From Mustelus asterias (lineage: Eukaryota), in assembly GCF_964213995.1 (NCBI RefSeq), contig NW_027590122.1, forward strand, positions 2,170,001-2,234,000: 64,000 nt of DNA. The letters run 5' to 3'. Below, piece after piece: positions 1 through 13,129 of this stretch; the stretch's first letter is position 1, and each line of letters begins with the position of its first letter. A program made the translations under genes and the position numbers. The notes under the pieces are model-generated. The model saw nothing but the letters and a program-made list of their open reading frames with translations, was not told where the DNA came from and made no database searches.

Positions 1-1487
1 GGATTGGCTATGCTAAATTGCCCCTTAAATGCAGGGGGATGCAGGTTACCTCAGGATTACAAGTTGGTTTCAGATTGAAAACGACATTTGGAGGTGATAG
101 TTTTCCTGCATCCTTTGAGTTGGTGAAGGTTGTGGTTTGGCAGGTTCTGTCAAAGTTCTTGTCCAGATGTAGATGTATAAAGTCCTCACCGTTCATTCCC
201 TCCCTGTTTCATCTTCATCTTTCTCCTCCCATTGAGGCTGAATTCTTGTGTATATCTGGACTGGGTGGCAGGTTTCCTGCATTGAAGGACATTAACAAAC
301 CATTTGGGTTTTTAATCACAATCCAGCAGCTTCCAGAGTCACTTCTTCCTTATGCCGGCTCCACAAATTACCAGATTCATTCAGCTCAATTTCACAACCT
401 GCCTTTGTGTTTATCACTGTTTTTTCTCCTCTTTAAGTTAATTTGCAGCCTTGAGAAATCCATGAGCCATGTACGTATTCAGTGTGAGAGATTGCAACCC
501 CTGAAGGAGCTGCTTCTCCACTTTTAGTTACAATTCTGTTCTGCCCCACGCTCCTGTTCGTTGGCTGCCCAGTGTGGAGGAGACTGGGGAGGGCAGAGGA
601 TCTTTTCCTGGACCTGTTCTTGGGGCTGGTTAAAACAGTAATTTGTAGTTCAGCAGAGGGTAACTTGGCTGTGGGCCCCTCTTCTGTGGTTTCACAGTAA
701 CTTCATTACAGTGTTACTGTCAGCTTTACTTGTGACTAATAAAAATAAACTTTAACTTTCTTGTCCATGCTCGTGTGGTCCTGGAGAGGGAGCAGACAGT
801 GTCGACTGAAACACTCGATATCTTCCACAACTCAGGGTACAGAGTGTCTCACAAACACTGGAAACAAAGTTCTGGTTTAGTTCAGATGGAAGTTCGATTG
901 GACCACAAGATTTGGGGAAACAAGATTTGAAATAATATTCCATGGAAACTAGAATTGTTTGTTGTGATTTTCTGTCCTGTGCTGACAGCGATACTGACTC
1001 TGTCAATGTCTTTTACAAGGTCCACAAGGGCGATGAATTGCAGATGGGAAATGAAAACCAAACATCACATCAAGAGCTGACAGAGTCACTCAATTCATCA
1101 GAACCTGAATATCATCGACCTTTAAATGTGGAAGGAGAAATGTTTGTCTGTTCTGGCGGTGGGGAACAATTTCAAACATCAGTGTGACTGGAAAAGCACC
1201 GAGACACACACCTGAGTGAGAGTGAACGGACTGGAAAGAGCTTTAACCAGTTACACAGCCTGAAAAAAACATCACACCATTCACAGCAGAGAACCATAAG
1301 ATCATAAGAATTAGGATCAGAATTAGGCCATTGGACTCATCGAGTCTGCTCCTCCATTCAATGAGATCACGGCTGATCTGATATGACAATCAAATTTTCT
1401 GCCTTGTCCCATAACCCTTAATAGCCTTACTTAGAAGCAATACACATGTGTGTGGACAAGGCTTGAACAGACAAGAACACCTGCACC

Positions 1488-2477
1488 ATGGAGAAACCAT
1501 GGAAATGTGGGGACTGTGGGAAGGGATTCAGTTACCCATCGCTGCTGGAAATGCATCGGCGCAGTCACACTGGGGAGAGACCATTCACCTGCTCCGTGTG
1601 CGGGAAAGGATTCATTCAGTCATCCCACCTGCTGACCCACCAGCAAGTTCACATTGAAGAGAGGCTTTTTAACCATGCTGACGGTGATCACAGCTCTAAA
1701 AGCCCTGAGGACCTGGTCACGCACCAATCTATTCACACCGAGAAACAGTTCTGCTGCTCTTACTGTGGGAAGTTATTTAAGCGATCACAGAATCTCATTG
1801 AACACAAACGCACTCATACTGGGGAAAGGCCGTTCACCTGCTCTGTGTGTGGGAAGGGATTCACACGATCATCCCACCTCGCTACACACCGACTGGTTCA
1901 CACTGATAACAGACCTTTCAAATGTACTGAATGTGAGAAGAGTTATAAAACCACAAGTGATCTGCTGATACACCAGCGAGTTCACAATGAGGAGCGGCCA
2001 TTCAGATGTACGGTGTGTGGGAAGGGATTCACTCTGTTATCCAGCCTCCAGAAACACCAGCGAGTTCACACCGGGGAGAGGTCGTTCACCTGCTCCTTGT
2101 GTGGAAAAGGATTCATTTATTTAACCAGCCTCAGATCACACCAACTTGTTCACTCGGATAAGAAACCTTTCAAATGTTCTGAATGTGAGAAGAGCTTTAA
2201 GACCTCAAGTGTTCTGCTGAGACACCAGCAAGTTCACTCCGGGGAGAGACCGTTCACCTGCTCTGACTGTGGAAAGGGATTCACTCGCTCATCCAACCTG
2301 CAAACACACCAGCACATTCACACCGGGGAGAAACCGTTCACTTGCTCTGAGTGCGGGAAGGGATTTTCTCACTCATCCCACCTGCTGAGACACCAACACA
2401 CTCACAATGGAGAGAGACCGTTCACCTTCTCTGAGTGTGAGATGGAATTCACTCAGTCAACCCATCTTCGAAATTGA
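1488..2477 (+). CDS. Tandem C2H2 zinc-finger protein, 10 canonical + 2 degenerate fingers, no effector domain
   Basis: 329-aa ORF from ACCATGG (MEKPWKC); CxxC-x12-HxxxH repeats with TGERPF linkers; followed by the family 3' UTR (ggttggattctg...catccaggactg). Confidence 0.9.
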   Translation: MEKPWKCGDCGKGFSYPSLLEMHRRSHTGERPFTCSVCGKGFIQSSHLLTHQQVHIEERLFNHADGDHSSKSPEDLVTHQSIHTEKQFCCSYCGKLFKRSQNLIEHKRTHTGERPFTCSVCGKGFTRSSHLATHRLVHTDNRPFKCTECEKSYKTTSDLLIHQRVHNEERPFRCTVCGKGFTLLSSLQKHQRVHTGERSFTCSLCGKGFIYLTSLRSHQLVHSDKKPFKCSECEKSFKTSSVLLRHQQVHSGERPFTCSDCGKGFTRSSNLQTHQHIHTGEKPFTCSECGKGFSHSSHLLRHQHTHNGERPFTFSECEMEFTQSTHLRN

Positions 2478-2859
2478 CAAATGTCTGGAGGGGTTGGATT
2501 CTGTTGTTATTGCGGCTGTCAATCACATCCAGGACTGAACCGTGTTCATTCTGACAGTTGGAGTTTGTTTTTGCTAATGTTAGTGATCGCTATAACTGGG
2601 CTGAAGTTTAATACTCTGGATAAATGTCAACTGAACTAATATTGTTTAAGACACAAAGCCGGCATCTTCATTTCTCCAGGATAAGAACAGATTAATCAAT
2701 GTCTTGTTGCATTTTTGTGGCCTTTTCTCCTTTCTAACTCTATATTATTTCAGTTCTCATACCTTCAGTTACTCTCATGGACAAGTCCCAGCTCCCCATA
2801 CCTTCCAGAGTGTCTTTCCTGGCATCGGAGCCCAGGGAAGGTATCAGTAACACATCCGC

Positions 2860-3180
2860 GATCACAAAAGATAAATCACAGTTGTTTGCACTGATCCACT
2901 GTTGCCCCAATCATTGAGGATGGTGATATTTGTGGAGCTTTCTCTCTCTGTGATTTGTTTAATTGTCCCCCACCATTCACGACTGGATGTGGGGGGACTG
3001 CAGCTTTGATCTGATCCGTTGTTTGTGGGATCGCTTGGCCCTGCCTGGAACATGCTGCCTCTGCTGTTCAGCGTGCTTATAGTCCCATGTTACAGAGTAA
3101 CCAGGTTGGAATCTCAGTTTTAGGGTGCCCAGTGCTGCTCCTGACTTGTTCTCCTACACTCCATGTTGAACTAGGGGAGG
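2860..3180 (-). mobile_element. Degenerate LINE ORF2 fragment (second LINE family, L2/CR1 group)
   Basis: Minus ORF ...PTSSREWWGTIKQIT...NITILND resembles the pre-RT region of LINE ORF2. Confidence 0.5.
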
Positions 3181-3184
3181 TGAT

Positions 3185-3527
3185 GACTTGGTGGTATTAT
3201 TGCTGAACTATTAATCCAGAAACTCAGCTAATGATTTGGGGACCGGGTTTCGAATCCTGCCACATCAGTTGGTGGAATTTGAATTCAATAAAAAATCTGG
3301 AATTAAGAATTTACTGATGACCATAAAACCATTGTTGATTATCGTAAAAAACCCATCTGGTTCACTAATGCCCTTTAGGGAAGGAAATCTGCTCTCCTTA
3401 CCCTGTCTGGCCTACATGTGACTCCCTCTGAAATGGCCTCGCAAGTCACTCAGCTCAAGGGCAACAAGGACTGGACCATAAATGCTGGCCATCCAGCAAT
3501 GCCCATTTCCCACGAATTAATAAAAAA
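3185..3527 (+). mobile_element. tRNA-derived SINE sharing its 3' tail with the LINE ends at 20640-20722 and 33135-33280
   Basis: B-box-like gggtttcgaatcc; core aaaacccatctggttcactaatgccctttagggaagg; tail caagggcaa...aatgctggcc...aataaaaaa matches the LINE ends. Confidence 0.65.
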
Positions 3528-3609
3528 GGATTTCAAGTTGAGGACTCCCAGGATGACTCACTTGCACTGTACACCTCTGTGCTGCTCCCTCTACTCAGGT
3601 CTGAACTGC

Positions 3610-4770
3610 TGGTAGGACAGCACATTTTGGCAGGAAGGATAAAAGGGAAGCAGATTATCTAAATGGTGAGAGATTGTAGAGCTCTGAGATGCAGAGGGAT
3701 CTGGGTGTTCTGGAGATTGAATAACCTGGGATTGTTCTCCCTGGAAAGATGGAGGCTGAGGCGCGACCTGATAGACGTTGATAAAATTATGAGGGGTGTG
3801 GATAGGGTGAACAGTTGGGACCTTTTTGCCAGGGCAGAAATGACAATTACAAGGCAGCACAAGTTCAAGATAAGGGGGAAAGGTTCAGTGGAGATGTGCG
3901 GGGAAGTCTTTTTACACAGAGGGTGGTGGGGGCCTGGAATGCACTGCCAAGTGAGGTGGTTGAGGCAGATACGTTAGTGACATTTAAGACTTATCTGGGT
4001 AGACACATGAACAGATGGGGAATAGAGGGATATAAGCGGTTGGTCTCGAGAGGACAATGTGATCAGCGTTGGCCGAAGGGCCTGTCCCTGTTCTTTGTTC
4101 TTTGCATGAATCACAAAAAGCTTGTCAGCAGGTAAAGCAAGTAATTAGGAAAGCTATCATTTGTGAGGGGAATTGATTACATAAATATGGAGGTTATGCT
4201 TCAGTTATCCAGAGCACCAGTGAGACCACATCTGGAGTACGGTGTACAGTATTGGTCATCTTGTTTAAGCAAGGATGTAAATACATTGGAAGCAGTCGAT
4301 TGACCAGACTAATGTCAGAAATGTGTGGATTATGGGTAAAGCTTGGACAGGCTAGGTTTGTGTCTGCTGGAGTTTAGAAGAGTAAGATAAATTTGATCGA
4401 AACATAGAAGATCCTGAAGGGTCTTGACAGGTTGATGTGGAGAGGATGTTTCCTTTTGTGTGAGAATCGAGAGCGAGAGGTCCCTGTTTAAAAATAAGGG
4501 TTCGCACATTTAAAACGGAGATGAGGTGAAATATTTTCTTTCAGAGGGTCGTGAACCTCTGGAACACTCTTCTGAAAAGACGGTGGAAGCAGAGTCTTTG
4601 AATATTTTTAAGGCAGATGTAGATAGATTCTTGGCAAGCAAGTGGGTGATAGATTATTGGGGGTAGGCAGGATGCAGATTTGAGGTTACTATCAGATCAG
4701 CCCTGATCTGATTAAATGGTGGAGCAGACTCAAGGGACCAAATAGCCGAATCCTGCTCCTTGATCGTGTG
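3610..4770 (+). mobile_element. CR1 LINE 3' fragments (two nested or adjacent copies)
   Basis: LGLFSLERWRLRRDLI, FTQRVVGAWNALP motifs; CR1 3' UTR. Confidence 0.85.
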
Positions 4771-5114
4771 AGACATTGGCAGTAAGATATGATTCAAAGT
4801 ATGACTGTGTCAGCCTGTTGCTTGACTGGACTGTTTGACTGTCGGAATGGTCATATTTAATAGTTTGTAGCTTAGTTATGTGTAATGATCAAGTAATTGA
4901 AGCTTATTAATCAATTAACCTGATGTGATATTCTGCTGAATTGTAATACGTTAGTATCATGTAACTGGCTTTGTCTGTAACTGCATCCTTATTTGACAAG
5001 TGAAATACATCACATGACCCGAGGCCGGTGTAAAGCTACACTTTTATACTTTAATTACAGAGTCCTGTGGATCCCATCAACTCTGGATGAGCTGAGGTCT
5101 GGAACTGTTAACCC

Positions 5115-5425
5115 CTCAGTGTCTCACAGCTTGCCTCCTGGACTTGCAGAATCTCACTGGCTGTCCTGTCTGGAGACAATACACATCTCTTTAACCTGTG
5201 CTTAATGCTCCCTCCACTCACATTGTCTGTATCTTTAAGACCTGGTTGGCTGTAGAGATTCGCATTCTAATCAGTATTCTGTAACTTGATTTTGTCTCTC
5301 TGTGCACTGTTTGAGAGCACATTTCCACTCCATCTGATGAAGGAGTAGTGCTCTGAAAGCAAATGGCATTTGCTGCCAAATAAACCTGTTGGACTTTAAC
5401 CTGGTGTTGTTAAAACTCTTACTGC
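5115..5425 (+). mobile_element. Penelope-like element terminus with hammerhead core
   Basis: Reverse complement of 15084-15370; CTGATGA...GAAA core at 5334-5358. Confidence 0.6.
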
Positions 5426-8030
5426 AGTCACTACAAAAACCAGCAAGTAGTTTCTTTAATCAAAATATACTGATAGTCACCTGCCCCAATGAGAACTCTA
5501 AAAGGTTGACACATCAATGAGACATTTGAAACAATGAACCCAAATGTTAACCATTGGGATTTGACACCATAAACTTGCTTATTTCAAATAAGTGACAAAG
5601 AAGATATCTTTAGGTCTCCATTATCTCAGTATAAAGCCATAAAATTTAATAAAATCACAGAAAAGGCATATGGGGCAAACTCCGTAAGTAACTGATACAT
5701 TAGAGGGCCAGTCGGGAGATTGCAGGAAATGGTCAGTAGATGACCATCACCATTAAGAAACCATTCAGAAACTGATTACACACCACCTAAATCAATCAGG
5801 GACTGATCATGGTGAACCAGAGTTCAGGAACACCATTGATCGTGCACAGGGGCTGTGTCTAGAAATGGTTAATAACCATCAGCTTTCAGCTGCCCAGTTC
5901 ACACCTCAGAGAAGCTGAGCAGGAAGAAGATAGACAACAATCAACAGAACAAGAAACAGTGCCGCAGTCGGCTGGAAGTTGTGCGCCAGAGTTACAAAGT
6001 GAACTGACTGCTTCCACTGTCTTTGTTAAGTTTTGCATTTTGTACTTATGTGATTAACTTAGTAAATTCTGTAAAGCTTGGAACAATATTTGCACCCAGT
6101 ATGGTCCTGTAGCTAGTTGTAAATGAAAGTCCCTTTTAGATCAGCTCTCCCAACTAAACCCAACAACTGTAATTGACTCTAAGTCTTACATTTAAGTTGA
6201 GGTGAACCCACGTCTTTCAGAAAATCTCTGCCAACTTTGGCACAAGCCCCCAGCTGTTAGCCAGGAATTCTTTGCAGGATTAACTTGGGAACAGTGTGCT
6301 TTTATCATTTCTGGAACCTAGGTCAATGCGGGGTGGTCAGTCTGGTTTTATCATTGACTCTTCTGTAGCAATTTGACACAACTGAATAGCTTGCTCAGGA
6401 TAGAGAGCTCTGAATCTATTGTATTACCTCTGTTCTGCAGAACAAGTAACTATACTCTGTCTATTATTGCAGTGCTGTAATAAAGTCAGTTAAAGACAAT
6501 CGGTTGTTGGGAGTTTGATTATCTGATGTATGAAACCACAAGATTCAATATTTAGAGTCAACAAGATGAACAAGGAAACACATCAGGGCCCAAAACTCCA
6601 GCTGGATATTCACAGGAGAAAGTCTGTTACCCAACATCTTGAGTGGACAGAACAGAGAAAGGTCCCAACTGTAAGAAACCCTCCAAACATTTGTAAATAT
6701 ATTTCAAATGTTGACAGGTCCCAACTCCCAGTTTCCATTAAATTGAAATCAATGAAAGATCTGAGACAGACAGTTGGGTTGAAAAAGTGCGGGGCCCACA
6801 TGGACTGAGAAACCAAATCCAGGGACCACTTACACCGAGACACCAAATCCAGGCAGCATTTGCGCTTTGAAGTTGATTTATCAGGTAGAAGTTGTTTGCA
6901 ATAAATCCCCAATTTTAAATTAAATCTACAAGATTTAACTATCTGGCCAGAATGAACATTCTAATTGGTAAATTCAGATGATTTATTAACCATTAAAAGG
7001 TAGAAAGGTAACAAGTTAGAAAGATAAAAAGCAAAGTTTGAATTAACAGTGATTGACAGGAGGAGGAGAAAGCTCATCTTTAACAATGAAACAGACTTCT
7101 CACAACTTTCCTCGGTTGATCAGGCCAAAGACGTGAAATGATCATCAGACATGATACATGTTAACAGAATGGCTACTCAAAACCTTTATTTTAACCCCTT
7201 CAACTCACATTTGCTTAACTCAAATTAGCCTCAGTGTTGAATGATAATTGATTAACTTAATTGTCTGATTGGCCCCTGACACCTACTGGCATCTCCTGAT
7301 GTCTGAGTACAAAGGTCTACTGAATAAATGAGACAGCTTGGGTAAGGTCCCATTTATTCCCAACTTAATGTAACTTGTCAAAGCCATAAATGTTTTGTGA
7401 GCTCGACCTTATCTTTCTAGATTGGCTGGAAAACATAATTTGACAGTTCTCATGATTTATGACCAGTGTACGTAAAATCATATTATTTATTATAATAAAA
7501 CATTACAGACTTTGTGTTACAGGTTATATTACCAGTCTGACAACTACAACTATTAAGTGCTGATTCTTCAATTGTCTCAGAATGAAGGTTCTTCACTTCA
7601 CCAATATGAGGATGTTAACCCGAGGGTCCCGTCTGCTCTCTGAGGTGAAAGATCACACGGCTTCTATTTGGAAGGAGAGGAGGGAGCTCACCCTGCTGAA
7701 ACCAATATTACCCCTCACCCAATCTCACTGAAAACAGAACACTGCTCATTATCACATTGTTGATGTGGTTTACCCCACTGAAACCAATATTACCACTCAC
7801 CCAATCTCCCTAAAAACAGATCACTGCCCCTCATCACATTGCTGTTTGTGGAGGCTGACTGCGCACAGAGATGTCCTGAGGTTGTGAAAGGTGCTATATG
7901 AATGCAAATTCTGTCGACTCCAGCCCAGTTACTGTACTTTGCAGCAACATCATCAACACTTCCCCAATGTCAGAATGAACAAGGTTCAGTCCTGAATCTG
8001 ATTAACAACAGCAGAATCAGAGCAGAGCCG

Positions 8031-8900
8031 TCATCTGTGAACTCGCTGGTGTTTCACCAGATTGGATGATTCGGTAAATCTCTTCCCGCACTCGGAGCAG
8101 GTGAATGGCCTCTCCCCAGTGTGAATGCGCTGGTGTGTCAGCAGGTGGGATGATCGTGCAAATCCCTTTCCACACTCAGAACAGGTGAACGGCCTCACCT
8201 CAGTGTGAATTTGTTGATGTGTCAGCAGGTTGGAGGACTGACTGAATCCCTTCCCACACTTGGAGCAGATGAACGGCTTCAACCCAGTGTGAACTCGCTG
8301 ATGTACAGTGAGATGAGATGATCGCCTGAACCCAGTCCCACAGTGAGAGCACTGGAACGGTCTCTCCTCAGTGTGAACAAGCTGATGGGACATCAGTTCA
8401 CCAGAACTTTTAAAGCACTTCCCGCACTCTGGACATTTGAAAGGTCTCTTGTCAGTGTGAACTCGTTGGTGTGTCTGAAGGTGGGTTGCTGTCCTGAAAC
8501 TCTTCCCACACTTAGAGCAGCTGAACAGTGTGTACTCGGTGTGAATGCGCTGGTGCTCCCTCAGTCCGTGTGGGCTTTTAAAGCTCTTCTCACAATTGGA
8601 GCATTGAAACTCTCTCTTGTCAGTGTGAACTTGCTGATGTTTCAGCAGGTGGGATGAGCGAGTGAATCCGTTTCCACACACCGAGCAGGTGAACGGCCTC
8701 TCCCCGGTGTGGAGTCGCTCATGCAGCTGAAGGCAGATGAACTGAGCGAATCTCTTCCCACATACGGAACAAATGAACGGCCTCTCGCCGGTGTGTCTGC
8801 GTCGATGAATTTCCAGCTCAGATGGGGATCTGAATCCCTTCCCACAATCCACACATTTCCACCGTTTCTCCCTGGCGTGAACGGTGCTTTTTGCTTCCAT
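8031..8900 (-). CDS. Tandem C2H2 zinc-finger protein, 10 fingers
   Basis: Open frame 8999-8031 just after splice acceptor ttttacag (9005); first ATG at 8900 (aacATGG); 10 intact fingers. Confidence 0.88.
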   Translation of the reverse strand: MEAKSTVHAREKRWKCVDCGKGFRSPSELEIHRRRHTGERPFICSVCGKRFAQFICLQLHERLHTGERPFTCSVCGNGFTRSSHLLKHQQVHTDKREFQCSNCEKSFKSPHGLREHQRIHTEYTLFSCSKCGKSFRTATHLQTHQRVHTDKRPFKCPECGKCFKSSGELMSHQLVHTEERPFQCSHCGTGFRRSSHLTVHQRVHTGLKPFICSKCGKGFSQSSNLLTHQQIHTEVRPFTCSECGKGFARSSHLLTHQRIHTGERPFTCSECGKRFTESSNLVKHQRVHR

Positions 8901-9384
8901 GTTCAAAGGCCGATGATATTCAAGTCCTGATGAATCGAGTGACTCCGTCAGATTTTGATGTGATGTTTGGTTTGACTTTCCTGATCGTGAACCTTTCAAA
9001 TATTCTGTAAAATGAATTTAAGACAGAATCAAGGAAATATAAAAGAGAACCCAGAAAAACACATAGGCAGGTTGTGAAATTGAGCTAAATTAATCTTGTA
9101 ATTTGTGGGGCCAGCGCTAGGAAAAAGTGACCCTGAAAACTGCTGGTTTCTCATAAAAACCCAACTGGTTCACTAATGTTCTTTAGGGAAGGGAACCTGC
9201 CGCCCAGTCGAGGCTTACACAAGGCTCTGGCTTCTATGGGAGGAGAGAGAGAGGTGAAGGAGAGGGTAAAAGAGATGAACTTCATAGATCTGCAACTGAA
9301 TTTGAATTTTGAAAGAATCTCCCAAACCCATAACTCCACCCACTGGAAAGATAAGAGCAGCCGGTGCCTGGAAAAACCATCACC

Positions 9385-9625
9385 TCCAAGACACACACCA
9401 GCGAGTTCAGACTGGGGAGAGACCAGACTCCTGCTCCACATGTGAGAAAGATACAATCGATCATCCAATCAGCTGACACACCAGCGAGTTCAGCAGTGAT
9501 TACTGAGATTGGATTCTGCTGCTGTTAATGACATCCAAGACTGAATTCTGTTCATTCTGATAGTTTGGGTTTGTTTCTGTTGATGTTTATAATCTCTATA
9601 ACTGGACTGGATGTTTAATATTCTG
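9385..9625 (+). pseudogene. Remnant of ZNF terminal fingers plus family 3' UTR
   Basis: cacaccagcgagttcagactggggagagacc followed by the ttggattctgctg 3' UTR block. Confidence 0.6.
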
Positions 9626-9717
9626 GAACTTGGCTTGTTTTACCTTGTGACCCTTACTCTTCTAATAAAGTATCTTTCTTTGGTCTGTAGCAAATAGTGA
9701 TTTACTTGTAATTTTTT

Positions 9718-10385
<668 letters not shown>

Positions 10386-10561
10386 TGAATTTAAAAGAAA
10401 AAAAAAGTGAGAGAGAACCCACAAAAACACAAAGGCAGGTTGTGAAATGGAGCTGAACGAATCTGGTCATTTGTGGGGCCGGCACCAGGAAAAAGTGACC
10501 ATGAAAATTCTGGAGTGTCATAAAAACCCAAGTGATTCACTGATGTCCTGCAGGGAAGGGA

Positions 10562-11604
10562 TTGAATGTCACCCATTCAATAGGATCATGGCTGATCTGA
10601 CATTCCTCATGTCCACTTTCTTGCCCTTTTCCCGTAACCCTTGATTTCCTTACTGTTCAAAAATATACACAAGGGCTTTGCCCCCACAACTCTCTGTGGC
10701 AAGGAGTTGCAAAGACTCTCAACCCTCTGGGAGAAGAAATTGCTCCTGATCTCAGTCTTAAATTGGCACCTTTTATTCTGAGACTGTGCCCTCTGGTCCC
10801 AGACTCTCCCATGAGAGGAAACATCCGCTCAGCATTTACCTTGTCAAGTCCCTTAAGAATCCGATATGCTTCAATGAGATCACCCCTCATTCTTCTCAAT
10901 TCTAATGAGGAGAGTCCCAACCTGTTTAACCTTTCCTCATAAAACAATCCCTCCATAACGGGGATAATCCAAGTGAATCTACTGTGAACTGCCTCCAATG
11001 AAATAATATTTTTCCTTAAATAAGGAGACCAAAACTGCTCACAGTCCTCCAGATATGGTCTCGCCAGTACCTTGTACAGTTGCAGCAAGACTTCCCTACT
11101 CATATACTCCAACCACAGTGGCACTGCAGTTAGCACTGCTGCTTCACAGCGCCAGAGACCCGGGTTCAATTCCTGGCTTGGGTCACTGTCTGTGTGGAGT
11201 TTGCACATTCTCCCTGTGTCTGCGTGGGTTTCCTCCGGGTGCTCCGGTTTCCTCCCACAGTCCAAAGATGTGCAGGTTAGGTGAACTAGTCATGCTAAAG
11301 TCTCCCTCAGTGTACCTGAACAGGCGCCGGAGTGTGGCGACTGGTGGATTTTCACAGTAACATCATTGCATTGTTAATGTAAGCCTACTTGTGACAAATA
11401 AATAAACTTTACTTTACTTGAAATAAGGGCCAACATTCTATTAGGCTTCCTGATTACCAACTGCACCTGTGTGCTAGGTTTCTGTGTTTTGTGCAGAAGT
11501 CCCCCAAGCCCTGTTGTGTTGCAGCTTTACAGCCTTTTCCCCAATTAAATAATACCCCCCTGCTCTCCCTTCCAAAATGAACAGTTTCACATTTTCCCAC
11601 ATTA
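10562..11604 (-). mobile_element. CR1 LINE 3' fragment interrupted by a SINE
   Basis: LLQLYKVLARPYLEDCEQFWSPY...RGDLIEAYRIL. Confidence 0.85.
11114..11417 (+). mobile_element. HE1-type V-SINE with alternative 3' tail
   Basis: tRNA head, V-domain gtctgcgtgggtttcctccgggtgctccggtttcctcccac, tail aataaactttac (same tail at 685-755). Confidence 0.85.
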
Positions 11605-11835
11605 TCATAGAGTCCCTACAGTGCAGAAGGAGGACATTCAACTCATGGGTCGCACTAATTCTCTCACATAGTATCTTACCCAGAGCCTCTCTCCCACCCT
11701 ATCCCCATACCCTCACACATTTACCATGGCTAATCCATCTAACCTACATGTCTTGGGACACTAAGGGAAATGGCCAACCCACTTAATCTGCACATCTCTG
11801 GACTGTGGGAGAAAACCAGAGCATCTGGAGGAAAC

Positions 11836-12177
11836 GGCGGCACGGTAGCACAGTGGTTAGCACTGCTGCTTCACAGCTCCAGGGTCCCGGGTTCGATTCC
11901 CGGCTCGGGTCACTGTCTGTGTGGAGTTTGCACATTCTCCTCGTGTCTGCGTGGGTTTCCTCCGGGTGCTCCGGTTTCCTCCCACAGTCCAAAGATGTGT
12001 GGGTTAGGTTGATTGGCCAGGTTAAAAAATTGCACCTTAGAGTCCTGTGATGCGTAGGTTAGAGGGATTAGCGGGTAAATATGTGGGGGTAGGGCCTGGG
12101 TGGGATTGTGATCGGTGCAGACTCGATGGGTCGAATGGCCTCCTTCTGCACTGTAGGGTTTCTATGATTCTTTCTAT
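11836..12177 (+). mobile_element. Full-length HE1-type V-SINE inserted in an older antisense copy (11605-12188)
   Basis: Complete head, V-domain and tctatga tail; gaaac duplicated at 11831-11835 and 12178-12182. Confidence 0.9.
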
Positions 12178-12829
12178 GAAACCCACAGAGAGGAAAGCTG
12201 CTGGATTATCAGAAAAACCCAAGTGTTATGCTGATGTCTGTCAAGAAAGGAAATCTGGCACCTGGTCTCGATAAGAATCTGGGCACTGAGTGGAGACAGA
12301 GAGAAGTAGAAGGGGCCGGGGTGAAGGAGAGGGATTTTATACATCTAGAACTCAATGAGAACTTTGACAGAATCTCCCAAATCCTCAACCTCCACCACCT
12401 AGAAGGACCGAGGTAGTAGGTAGATGTGAACGCCATCACCTCCGAGTTTCTCCCCCCACAACTCACACACCACCCTGACTTGTCTGACATCCAGTACTAA
12501 AAGAACTGAAACTTCGTTCATATAAACACTGGGAAGACTGAACCCATTGTCTTCAGTCCCCACTACAAACTCCACTCCCTCACCAGCAACTCTATCTTCC
12601 TGGTAACTGTCTGAGGCTGAACCAAACTGTTCACAACCAGGGTGAAATATTTCACCCCAAGATGAGCTTCCAACCACATATCCACATCATCATCAAAACC
12701 GCCTATTTCCATCTCAGTGATATCGCCCGACTCCACCCCAGTCTCAGTTCATCTGGAACTCTCATCCACTCCAATGTGACGTGGAGCTCAAGGGAATGGA
12801 ACTGACCAAATTGCTCCACAGAGAGTACA

Positions 12830-12995
12830 GTAAGTCTCACAACACTAGGTTAAAGTCCAACAGGTTTATTTGTAATCACGAGCTTTTGGAGCACTGCTCC
12901 TTCCTCAGGTCACTCACCTGATGGACTTTAACCTGGTATTGTGAGACTTCTTACTATGCCCAACACAGTCCAACGCCGTCATCTCCACATCATGG
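12830..12995. mobile_element. Penelope-like inverted termini
   Basis: gtctcacaacactaggttaaagtcca ... tggactttaacctggtattgtgagac inverted arrangement. Confidence 0.55.
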
Positions 12996-13129
12996 CTACC
13001 ACGCAGAGTTAGCATGGATTTGAGTTGCCAAATGCATTTCCTTCCATGTTGTATTCTCTGCATCACTGGAAATTGATAAAGCAGCCACACTGCTGTATAT
13101 TTCAAGACAAAAAATAGGGATCATAAATA

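Noticed and set aside
1170-1200. Selenocysteine or readthrough at the shared TGA in fossil fingers
   Set aside because: The position is not a Cys codon, and copies carry independent frameshifts and insertions nearby.
5430-7521. Solo LTRs (also 17041-18188, 43860-44400, 52500-53130)
   Set aside because: LTR-like composition and some TG...CA ends, but no matching TSD, PBS or second LTR could be verified by eye.
11836-11910. tRNA genes
   Set aside because: These are tRNA-like heads of HE1 SINEs, continuous with V-domain and tail.
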